A stretch of 64,000 nucleotides of DNA, from NCBI GenBank assembly GCA_050273025.1, contig CP158635.1:19716001-19780000 (forward strand), given 5' to 3'. Positions 1 through 10,689 of the stretch are shown here, piece by piece. The DNA comes from Cenococcum geophilum. Taxonomy: Eukaryota. Position 1 is the first letter of the stretch. Each line of letters opens with the position of its first letter. The position numbers and the translations under genes are program-made. Under the pieces are notes generated by a model, which did not search any database, had not been told where the DNA came from, and saw only the letters and a program-made list of their open reading frames with translations.

Positions 1-2
1 AC

Positions 3-1313
3 CCCTCTGAATATAATGACGCCCGAAGAACCCCTCTCCACCTTGCGGCAGATAACGGCCATCCCGCAATTGCAAACCTGCTTATTGATCACGGGGCCGA
101 TATTAACGCTCGCAACAATACGCAGAGCACTCCGCTACTTTCGTCGGCATGGAGTCGCCAGCCGAGCGTAGCTGAAGTGCTCCTCGAACGAGGCGCAGAC
201 ATCAAGCCGGTAGGCCGAAACGGCTACCACCCGATCCTCCTTTCTTCCAACAGCCCTGATATGATGAAAATACTGCTCAGATACGGTAAAGGCATACCTG
301 AACTCGATGGCTTTAAGCGAACCGCCCTCGGCTGGGCTATGGACGAAGAAGTTGAGCCTGTTGTCGAGATGCTCCAGCAAGACCTCGACCCCGCCTATGA
401 CTCTGCCGCAAACGACACCGGCCGTACCCCTCTTCATAAAGCCGCAGACGCTGGAGACATCGCTAGAGTGCGCGGCCTTCTCGACAGTGGCGCTGATGTT
501 AACGCAGCTTGCAAGAAGGGCGACACGCCTCTGGCTCTCGCCGCATGGCGCGGCCACGACCCAGTCGTCTCCCTCCTACTCGACCGCGGCGCCGACCCAT
601 CCCAAAAGAACAACGCCGGCCACACGGCTTTGCATAAGGCCGCCGTACGCGGCAAGACACGCGTAGTCCGCCTACTACTCGACCACACTGGCGCTAACAG
701 CGTCGACGTAAACGCCCGCACCGACGACAGCGCCGACACAGCACTCACGCTGGCATCATGGTGCGGCCACCTCGACACCGTGGAGCTCCTGCTGGACCGC
801 GACGCGGACCCCTGCGCCGTCACCAGCGGCGGAAACAACGGCATGCACCTCGCAGCCTCGCGCGGCTTCACCGCCGTGATCACGCTGCTGCTCGACCGCG
901 GCGCTGCCATGCGACAGGAGAACCCGGACGGCTGGACGGCGTTGGACTGGGCTGCGTATAACGGGGCCGCAGCGCTCGTGCAGACGCTGCTGGCGCATCC
1001 GCGCAACGACGGCTGGCAGCTCCACGCGTCGGCCGCGACGGGGAAGACGGCGGTGCATATCGCGGCAGAGCAGGGGCATCCGAGCACCGTCATCGTGCTG
1101 CTGGATGCGGGGGCGGACGTGGACGCGGTGGCGGCGGCGGGGGATACGCCGCTGCATTTGGCGGCGGCGAAGGGGCATGTGGAGGTTGCGGAGCGGTTGC
1201 TGGAGAGGGGGGCGCGCTTGGATGTCGTGAATGAGGAGGGGAGGACGGCGAGGCAGGCCGCGGAGAGGAATAATCGGGAGGCTATGACTGAGTTCCTATT
1301 GATGGTGCAGTAA
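3..1313 (+). CDS. Ankyrin-repeat protein, 5'-partial (starts upstream of the window)
   Basis: The frame is open from position 3 (PSEYNDARRTPLHLAADNGHPAIANLLIDHGADIN...) to TAA at 1311-1313. It has about 10 canonical TPLHxAA/G...V..LL..GAD ankyrin motifs, is GC-rich and shows no RIP damage. Confidence 0.93.
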   Translation, partial: PSEYNDARRTPLHLAADNGHPAIANLLIDHGADINARNNTQSTPLLSSAWSRQPSVAEVLLERGADIKPVGRNGYHPILLSSNSPDMMKILLRYGKGIPELDGFKRTALGWAMDEEVEPVVEMLQQDLDPAYDSAANDTGRTPLHKAADAGDIARVRGLLDSGADVNAACKKGDTPLALAAWRGHDPVVSLLLDRGADPSQKNNAGHTALHKAAVRGKTRVVRLLLDHTGANSVDVNARTDDSADTALTLASWCGHLDTVELLLDRDADPCAVTSGGNNGMHLAASRGFTAVITLLLDRGAAMRQENPDGWTALDWAAYNGAAALVQTLLAHPRNDGWQLHASAATGKTAVHIAAEQGHPSTVIVLLDAGADVDAVAAAGDTPLHLAAAKGHVEVAERLLERGARLDVVNEEGRTARQAAERNNREAMTEFLLMVQ

Positions 1314-1949
1314 ATGGGTATGAGTAGCGGGAGCGTTTAGTAGCAAATGGTATCTGATATCGGTGCCAATTTATGCAACGTAATACCTGATGGAAAAGCA
1401 GTGACTAGGGCAGCTGGCTATTGGTGATTTTGCAGGTGATGAGCAAGGTGTTTAGCGTGTATATGAAAGATATTCTGTGAGCTCTAGTACATTCTGGCCA
1501 GGTCACTTCATTGAGGTATAACATCAGCTACTTAACGGCAAGCCCTAAGTTTGCTCCTAGCTTACCTCGCTCAGGTCTTGCCTTATGCTGCTGACGCGTC
1601 CTATATCTATAGCCCGTATACAAATACTAACACTAACAAACCCTTCTATCTTAACTATATACTAATGTCTCAGGATACCGGAAGCATTCGCCGAGTCCCT
1701 AATGAAAATTTTGGGTATTTCCGTTACCTTTTTCGAAAGTGCTACGAAAATCAAAATTACTACCGTTTTCGAAAGTATTGCGAAAATTGAATTAAGCGAG
1801 CCCCGCCCGCAGTATCGAATTTAGGTGATCTCACCATACAAATCGTATGACTACCACGCATACTACGCTTGCTGTTCTTTAATTACTTATGAGGCTTGAG
1901 TATTACATTGTATCGCTTATATAGCTCGATTTTCTGGTGTTGCAGGCGC

Positions 1950-3860
1950 AATGGTAAACCGTGATAGCCTTCGGAAATGAGCTGCCAGTCAATCTATAGG
2001 GCCTTCTCAGGCAACCAAGCGCAATACTACCTTGCATGTAGGCCTCCGTACCGTTCTAGATCGTTGCCCACTTTAGCCGCTTAGTTCTGGTAAGGACGAT
2101 GAGGATAAGGATGAGGATGAGGACGAGGAAAAGGAAGAGGAGGGGAGGCCCAAGAGTCGGATGAGGATTTAGATTAGGGCGAAGACGACGAAGATAAAGA
2201 CGACGCAGGCCTAGTCGATCCAGATATTTACTAGCCACCTTAAGAGCCACCGGATGAGGAAGTAGGCTTTAGAACAGCAAGTGGGCGTATTATTCAACTA
2301 AGTCGAGGAGCTACTAAAGCTCTTGAAGCTGTTAAAATTGCATAAGTTGCTAGAGCTACTAAGGCCTCTAAGTCGACTCGGCGTACTTAGAAGCCTACTA
2401 GACGTTTAAGCCAGAAGAGTTTAAATCCAAAGTTAGCCTCTAAGAAGAAGCTTACTAAATTAATAAAGGCTTTAAAGCCTTTGCTAAGACAAAAGAATGC
2501 AACTAAGGAAGCTATTACGATAGATTTAAGCTCGCCGGCTCCCTCGGAGTCTGAGGTAGTATTTTAATACTATATAGCAATTTAGAAAGCTCGGGTAGGA
2601 GAGGAAGATCTTACTTCTACTTCTACGCAGCGTATAGTCGGTAGAGAGCTTCTTAATAAGATTAGTTCCTAGATTGATGAGGTTAAAGCCAATATAGTAG
2701 GTAAATCCTTTGAGGATAAGTATTTTATTAGGGCAACAGCTTCCTATAATCGCATTATGGCTCGTAATATAGTACCGTAAGACATTTACTCTACTAGGCA
2801 CGTCTACAACCTTTATCAGATTATAAGAACGTGGCATATAGAGGGCAGGAAAGGGCTACGCGTAGAGGTAGTAGTTATATTAACTAAGAAGCCTATACCG
2901 GAAACTACAGTAATATACGCCTCTCCCTATGCCCTTAGTATTAAGGCGCTCTAAAGAGCCTTACCAGCAAGTGCACTTTTATTAAATATTCTTAAGGCCG
3001 GAGCTACATCCAGTACACCTAAAAAGAAGGGTAGATTAAGTGCTACTATTACCCAACACCTTTCTCTACCCGACGATATTTTATTAGAAGTTCTTATAGG
3101 AAATCTAGCTCCTTTAGTAGCCTTCCAGTAGCCCTACTAATTAAAGATCTATTTAAATAATGGAGGCACCTGTTAGGTAAATAGAAACATAGAGCTGCCC
3201 TATTTTTATTACCCGGTTAACCACTTTATATTAAAGGCCTGGGGTAAGCAAATTAAGGACGGCAAGGCTTCTAAAGAGGCGCCTCCTGCGCCGCTTGCTG
3301 TACGCCTTTCAACTAAGAATAGGGCCACGGGAGGCAGCAGTAGTGGTGGTAGTAGAGGGGGGGGGGGGTGGCGGGCGCATGGGCCTAGGGGGTATTTTCA
3401 AGCAGGAGCTAACGATTTTGGCTACCATCCTCCCTATAGTTAACCTAGCTACCCCCCCTAAGGGCTACTACCTACCTACTATATAACTACCGGAGTGTAA
3501 CAGAATCTATACTAGGCACCTATATAAGCACCTTAACAGTCTCCGGTAACTCTAACGCCGGTAGCTACCATATAGGTAATACCGGCAGCGCCACCAACTA
3601 GCCCTATTAGTAGCGACTTAGATTCTAAGAAGAGGCTCCGCGAGTTCTTTAACTGGGTAAAAAGGTGACCTAGCTAGGTAACTCTAAAGCTTATAGCGGA
3701 GCTTAAGACTATCCTTAATACACTTATTAATAACTTCTATAACTTAGAGGCGCTCCGCTTAGAAATATCTAAGTAGGCATAGGTAGATAAGTTAGGCCTT
3801 ATAGTAGGGCTCCTACCTTAATTAAGGCGTAAGCTTAAGACCTTTTAAGCAAACTAAAAG
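1950..3860 (+). pseudogene. RIP-degenerate hypothetical gene, convergent with the Tc1-like transposase
   Basis: A long reading frame is recoverable after de-RIPing. It has an acidic tract at ~2095-2140 and a C-terminal SPISSD...LREFFDWV...GL.VGLL..IK segment. No family was recognised. Confidence 0.45.
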
Positions 3861-3879
3861 GGATAGTAAGTTTTTAATT

Positions 3880-4933
3880 TCTATAAGGGCACTACCTAAA
3901 TCTAAAAAATCGCACTCCTAACTAGTTTTCTACTAGGTAGCCGGCCTATTAAAAGTATCCTTAAGTTAAGTGACGAATTCCTATATACTATAGTCTAAAT
4001 TATAGGAACGTACCAAAGCTCTTATAGTCCTAAATTAAGTAAATATTTAGTCAAATCTATGCCTTTAAGTCATAAAAGGAAAGCTTAATTGGGTTAAACT
4101 CTAGGCAGTATAGAGAAAGATACTTAATAGAGACATTAGCGGCGGCGTAGAGCTCTATAAATTCCTACACCTAGTTAGATTATATAGCTATAATATATAT
4201 ATAACTACTCTCTTACTTAACTCTTATATATTAAGGCGTTATCTAACACTAAGACTATATAACTAGGTATACATTGCGGTAGAATAAAAAACTTAATCTA
4301 GGCATTAAATATTTTAGACGTAATTAAGCCCTACCATATAAGAGTCCTAGGGAGGAAGCCGTTAAGTAAATACGTAGGTAGAATACTCTACCGTTCTAAG
4401 CGCTTAATTAATACTATATTAATTGCAGGAAGGTTTATAGGACTCTAACCAAACTTCCTATAGCTAGTCCTCTTATTAGCGCCCAACTTATTAATAAATA
4501 TAAGGCGATTAGAGTCCCTTTTAAGCAGCACGAAGATCTTTAGATCGCTCCTGCGCTCTGCGCTGTATAATATTACAATCGTCCCATAGGAACCAGGCCA
4601 TCTTATTAAGGTAGGCAGTAGGGCGGTCTTCTAAGTAGGCAAGAAGCGCCTGTGAATGAGATTAGTATACCCAATACTATGATGTTATATATTATGAACT
4701 CGCTTATATTCCGCTTGTATATTACTTAGTCGCCCAATCTTAAGATTTAGTAGGGGGTATGGCTCTCTATAGAGGTCCAAGTTAAGCTGGATACGGTATA
4801 TAGTTGAAAGGTGTAACTTAGTAGCTGCCGCGATACATTTGACCGTCCAATCAAATAGAAAAGCTACCAAAATTTGATGGAGCTGCCATTCAGGAATCCT
4901 TTTAGGCATAGGAGGCAGATATAAGCGTTGCAA
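3880..4933 (-). pseudogene. IS630-Tc1-mariner DDE (DDE_3-type) transposase, RIP-inactivated
   Basis: Minus-strand motifs: N-terminal HTH-like region (IAAATKLHLSTIYR); LIFINKLGANKRT (=IFVDESGANERT, ~4460-4510); VLVLDNALIY (=DNASIH, ~4225-4255); YLSLYCLEFNPIKLSF (=YLPPYxPxFNPIE, ~4060-4125). Confidence 0.85.
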
Positions 4934-4936
4934 GCG

Positions 4937-6817
4937 TAGTAAGTAGACCTTTTTATAGATATAGCTTATTTTAATTTAACTTCTAGATTTCTATAAACCT
5001 TATATTTAATTTTTTACCCCAGTTAAAAACACACTAGGAAAGTCTTTCTCCCGATTTAATTGGCGCTAGGTACTTTTAGGGGTTACTAAGATTTCTTAAA
5101 GACCATTTCGCGCCTATAACTAATAGTCTTCTACCGCTCCTAGACTATAGCGAAATTAATTTTAATCTCCTTTAGGCCTTATTTAAACTAAATATATACA
5201 TCCTTATAATTTGCAAAGGCTTAGATTAACTAAGATGCCTTATAAATAATTTAGGCAACTTTAAAACCTTACTTTTTAGCGAAAAGAGCTTTAAACTTAA
5301 CTGTTACTATTTGGCTATAATAGGAAGGTATTTAGCAAGGTAAAAACTACCCTCTCTATTCCGGAATTCCGTTTAACTATAAAAATTACATCTCTTAAGG
5401 TATTTCTACTAGAGCGTTATAAGAGATAAGCCAAGATAAAGCAGGATCTTATTAGTAATGGCTGGAAGTTCGTGTCTTTAAGAGGTATTAACCACTATGA
5501 ATATAAAGGGATCGCGTTTTTCTGGACCAAAGATAGCCCGTTAAAATTTTCTATAAGCGGCCGCATTATAGTAGACGCGATAGCATTTTATTATTAGAAT
5601 CCTAACTATAGCAAGCAGTTAATCGCTATAGATATATACGGAATCGGCGTATATAATTAAGGGACTAATTAGTAAGGCGATATAAAGAATTAGGGTTTAG
5701 TTCCTAAGGAGATAGGAGATAATAAGTACCTAATCTATCTACTAATAGCCCTGGCCTTTAGTTTAGTAGATAAAAAATAGGGTTAGGCTTTTTATATACT
5801 TTTTCTAAAGCTAGCGAATTATATATACTAATACAAGCACTAATAGGTAAATTTGCTGTCGTTAATATTGAGGACATTAAATAGAATGCCTTAGTATTTA
5901 AATCACTCGTAATTAAGGAGGATAAGAAAATTGTACTTTAAGGACTTATAAAGAGCTACTAGTCTAGGTCCGGGAAATTAAAGTTTAATAATATAATTAA
6001 AGGGAAGGGGAAAGGCCTAGTTTTTTTACTATAGTAAGTTTTCTAGTAAGACATTGGCTGTTTTAAAGGCTAACCGTTTTAGTAGCCTACCTAGGGTAGG
6101 AAAGATATTAACAGCTAAAGCACTTACCGAATTTTAAAGGAGACCCCTCTATATGGTTTGTTCCCCTTTATAAGTGTATTTATATACTACTTTAACTATA
6201 AGAAGGCTTATGCGGGAGACCTTAATATAGATTTAGCCCATTTAGAATAAAACCTAGCTCTAATAGTTAAGAACATTTACTACTAGAGCGCTGTCCTTCT
6301 TCTAGATAAGGCCGATGTTTTTCTTATAGAAAGAACTTTAAATAATATCCAACGTAATAGCCTAGTATCTATCTTCCTATAATAGATGGAGTATTTTTAA
6401 GGCATTATATTTTTTATAATAAATAGAATTATTATATTTAATACAGCTATATAGAGCAGAATATATTTTGCACTTAGATATAATAAGCTAAAGAAACCGG
6501 TAAGAGAGTAGGTATAGAAGACCTTTCTAAAGTAAGCTAATACTACTACTAATATCTCTAAAAAAGATATAGAGTGGCTTTTGGACTATTAATTAAACGG
6601 AAGATAGGTAAGGTAATATTTAAGTAAGAGTTTTAAGGCTAGTGCTAATATACTATGTTAGATTAAGAACACTATATAGATTAGTTATAGCTTAGCCAAA
6701 AGTAAGGGGGAGAAACTTATATATAAGCATTTAAGAATAGCTCTTATATTAAACTAAAATTTTAAAAGTAACTTTAAAGGCGCTAGACTAGTTAAGAATT
6801 TAAACTTATATATATAG
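4937..6817 (+). pseudogene. Fungal AAA+ ATPase, copy 1 (5'-truncated, RIP-inactivated, intron-containing)
   Basis: GKGKGLVFLL / intron / GPPGVGKTLTAE Walker A (~6000-6130); VLLLDEADVFL Walker B (~6290-6325); FLTTNR; NGRQ-IKN. It is the reverse complement of 42131-44012. Confidence 0.9.
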
Positions 6818-7074
6818 ATTCGCTTATATATATAGTATCGGTAAATACATTTTATAGATCTTATAGCTAGTAGTATTAGTATTTATTACTTTTTAAAATT
6901 ATAATTATAGATAGCTTTTATTCCCGTAAGGACATAAGCCTATATACTTATTTACTCCTGTAATAATAAGGCCTATATAGTAGGCTATAGTATAGGCAAA
7001 TTGCTAAAGGGTTTAGGAATAGGAGAACGGAAGCTATAGGGCATTAGTTCCTATATAGGAGAGGAAGATATAGC

Positions 7075-7470
7075 TATTAGCTTTTATAGGGGAGTAAAAG
7101 CTATGTAGGAATATAAGCTATAGGGGATTAGTTCCTATAAGGCGATAGAATATATAGGCATTAGCACCCATAGAGGATTTATTACCATAGGGGATTTATT
7201 ACTATAGGGGATTTATTACCATAGGGGGTTCATTACTATAGGGGATTTATTACCGTAGGGGATTTATTACCATAGGGGGTTTATTACCATAGGGGGTTTA
7301 TTACCATAGGGGGTTTATTACTATAGGGGATTTATTACTATAGGGGATTTGTTACTATAGGGGATTTATTAAAGTAGGGGACTAGCTTCTATAGGGCGGC
7401 GAAATATATAGGCATTAGCTTCTATAGCGGATTTATTTAAGTAGGGGATTAGTTAGAGTAGGGGATTTAT
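7075..7470. repeat. 17-bp minisatellite (ATTTATTACCATAGGGG-like) between the convergent AAA and kinase 3' ends, copy 1
   Basis: About 12 regular units at 7175-7380 with degenerate flanking units. Confidence 0.85.
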
Positions 7471-7759
7471 TCTTCTATAGCCTCTATTTAGCGGTATAAG
7501 GCGGCTTCTAATAGGCTAGGAAGTAAATTATATATTTTATAGAAATATAAAGCCTATATAGGATAGTAGGGTATAGAGACCTAATAATCTAGCGGAAGAT
7601 TAGGTTATCCACTTTTCTAGGTTTATTTAGCCCAAGCAATTTACCCTCCGCTGTTTTATATACGTTTCGACTTAAGCTACTACCTAGCCTTAGCCGCCTA
7701 AATCCCTATAAAACTTTAACTTATATAGTAGAATACAGGATAACAAAATATTATTCTAT

Positions 7760-9944
7760 ATACCCTGCTAACACCTCTAGATCCTTTTATGCTTATTAAA
7801 GAATCTCTTTTATCTAGGAATAAAGCGCCTTATCTTCCTTCTCCTACCCCCTATCTATTAGGAAAACTACCTTCCGCAGCCTATTAACCTACGGCTTTAG
7901 CGGTTAGTAGTAGGGTATAAATACCTTAGCTATACGGTTAAGAAAATAGCCTTCTCTACTTACTAGCCCTAATTTTAACTTAGCCAGCTTTATAGTATTC
8001 TTATAGTTCTAACACTTAAACTTAGTTGGACTAATATCTTTACCTAATCTATTATAGTTGTATGTATATCTAGAAAAGCACTGTAAGGGATATTATTGCG
8101 GTCACCTTGGGTTGCCCTTAGGACAACCCCTAAACGCCCTTTAGATGGTCGCCGGTCACGTGCCAGAGGCACGTGCCCGTAGTATATAGTCTCTACAATC
8201 CTAGAGGCCTTACCTCCTTAAGGATTCGTCTCTCTTACCAATTTATCCTGTTCCATAATCGTGTCCTTATAGCCCCCTGTCTATAAGATCCCCTTATAAG
8301 CACCTAGAAGAACGACTCCAGATTATGCCTAAAGGAGTATTTCTCGCCTAGAAGCACTTCTATAGCTATAAACGCTCTTATACCGGTCTTATCCCGTACT
8401 CCCAAAAGTTCTTTTTACTTCTCTTTAATTACGAGATTAAAGTTAATTAAGAATGCCGGCTAAGAAGGATTGTTATTTTCCTTGTTTATTATAAGGTTGC
8501 CTATTAAAATATTATATTAGATAATACCGGCCTACGTATATAAAGACTCGTATCCTTTAATACTACCTTTTAGTATAGTAAGTATTGTAGCCTAAGAGCC
8601 TGCCTTATAAAGAGGCTTCCTATAGTTACTAGTAATAACGCGTCAATATACGTAATTCTATATAATAGAGCGCTTAGTTAGAGAGGTTAAATACGGGCGC
8701 TTACTAGGCAGTAATGGGGCACTGTAGCTAGAAGACCTCTTTCTACTAAAACTTTAACCTTTTCTTATACTACCTTGTACTCTATCTAGTCTTAGAGGCA
8801 TTATTAAGCCTTCTAACTTATAGTTTGTCGCTTTTATAATATTTAGCCCCTTGCGGATATTATAGATATTATTATCTTGTCTATCTACGTAAATAGTCTT
8901 ATAGTAATAGTACCTAGCTACGTTAACCACTCCCTTCTTTAATATCTTATATAGCAGTTTACCTTCTTTCTCGCGCTCTAGGTACTGCTATAAGTCTTTA
9001 ATAATAAAGGGTATTTTAGGTGTCCCCTTACGGTATACTTTTTAGTAAGTAGTTGCTTAACTAGTAATACAGCGTACCTGCTTTATAAGTTTATTAAGGA
9101 TAAAACGCTTAGTCTGGTTATTGCGTACAATTTTAATATACTATTTACCGTCCGATATTAAAATAGTAGGGTTAAACCCAAGCTGCTCCTTATTTATCTA
9201 AAGAAATCCTAATATTGCCAAGGTAAATTATAGTCCGTCTTTGTTAATATTGAATAGTAATAATACAATGCCTCCTACCCGGTTATACTTCTATAGCCGT
9301 ATAATAGATTTATAAAGGGTAAAGCCTGGGATAAAGCGACGAGTATTCTAAGCGGCGAAGACTTCTCTTATATATTTTCCTAAATTAAACTATACCTGTA
9401 AGGCTATATTGGTATTTAAATTACTCTTTAGCTCTTCTAGCACAAGTATATACAATTAATGGCATTAAGAGCTTTCACTAGCTATTAGATTATCTATAAA
9501 ACTAATATTTAGCTTTTACTTTGCTATAGACCCTTATAAGGGCTGCTTAGTATATATAATAAGCGTTTGTTATATCTTTAGGGCGGACCTATACTCCTCT
9601 ACAAAGTCTAAAAATAATTTTATTAGGTTATTAAACTACTTTAGGATATTATCTTGCTCTATACTTTTAGGCTAGTTATACTAGCCGCCCTTAGCGTATA
9701 GTGAATTGTCCCCTTCCTTGCATTTCTTAAAAACGGCAGCGCTTACCTCTTTAAGACCTTCTACTCCCCTAAAGAATGCTTTATATAAGCTAGGAATTCC
9801 TATATAAAGAGGGCCTAGCTCCTCCTTTAGAATATAATCTACGTATTTCCTATATTTAGACAAGTTAGTAAAGCTGCCTATACTATACAGATATAGGGTT
9901 TATTAAATGTGGAGTAGTAGCAGTTAGGAAGGAGGTATAGACTT
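7760..9944 (-). pseudogene. FunK1 / Pkinase_fungal kinase, copy 1, 3' portion (interrupted by a solo LTR; the 5' portion lies at 62553-62974)
   Basis: De-RIPed motifs ESTPP.R, GELKSN, G.I.CDIS.GNLM, FLIDFDL, KTGTRAFMA, HDLESFFWVL. Homologous to 38356-40759 in inverted orientation. Confidence 0.9.
8082..8298. mobile_element. Solo LTR (family A), 217 bp, 5-bp TSD AGCAC
   Basis: Ends are TGTAAGGG...CCCTTATA (RIP form of ...CTCACA). AGCAC occurs at 8077-8081 and 8299-8303. It is absent from the paralogous kinase copy and near-identical to 22326-22540. Confidence 0.93.
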
Positions 9945-10004
9945 TATCGGGAAAATATTCGCAGGATGAGATTCAAGTAGACTTTGTTTAGCGCGTTTCA
10001 CATA

Positions 10005-10290
10005 ATTAACATGTAATTGACCAACTTAATATATAACTTAACTAACTTGACACGCAATTAACTAACTTAATATGCAACTTAACTAACTTAACACGTAATT
10101 GACCAACTTAATATTTAACTTAACTAACTTAACACGCAATTAACCAACTTAATATTTAACTTAACTAACTTAATACGCAATTAACCAACTTAATATTTAA
10201 CTTAACTAACTTAATATATTTAAAAGTTAAATAACACGTAGTTAACCTACTTAACAACTTTAAAAGCCAACTGCATATTCCTTAACATGC
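10005..10290. repeat. Left subterminal repeat array (AACTAACTTAACACGCAATT-like units)
   Basis: Alternating ~20-21 bp units starting about 60 bp inside the left TIR. Confidence 0.8.
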
Positions 10291-10400
10291 AATTAAGGTA
10301 ATGTAATATATTATTTTAAAGTTATATGCTAATTGTATAAATAAATTTTTACTATTTTCTTAGCCTGTAGTATGCTAGCTTATAATATATATTATATATA

Positions 10401-10650
10401 ATCTCATATAATTTTATACAATTTTATATAATCTTATATAATCTTATATAATCTTATACAATCTTATATAATCTTATATAATTTTATACAATCTTATATA
10501 ATCTTATATAATTTTATACAATCTTATATAATCTTATATAATCTTATATAATCTTATATAATCTTATATAATCTTATATAATCTTATATAATCTTATATA
10601 ATCTTATATAATCTTATATAATCTTATATAGTCCTATATAGTCTTATATA
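10401..10650. repeat. 10-bp tandem array (ATCTTATATA)n downstream of the transposase
   Basis: More than 20 consecutive 10-mers, with variants ATCTTATACA and ATTTTATACA. Confidence 0.95.
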
Positions 10651-10689
10651 GGTTTATTATTATATTATATATTATAGGTTCTATGCTAG

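Noticed and set aside
135..1178. Overlapping alternative-frame ORFs (135-557, 307-666, 434-1093, 756-1178, 758-961)
   Set aside because: These are shadow ORFs of the GC-rich ankyrin CDS, with no independent motifs.
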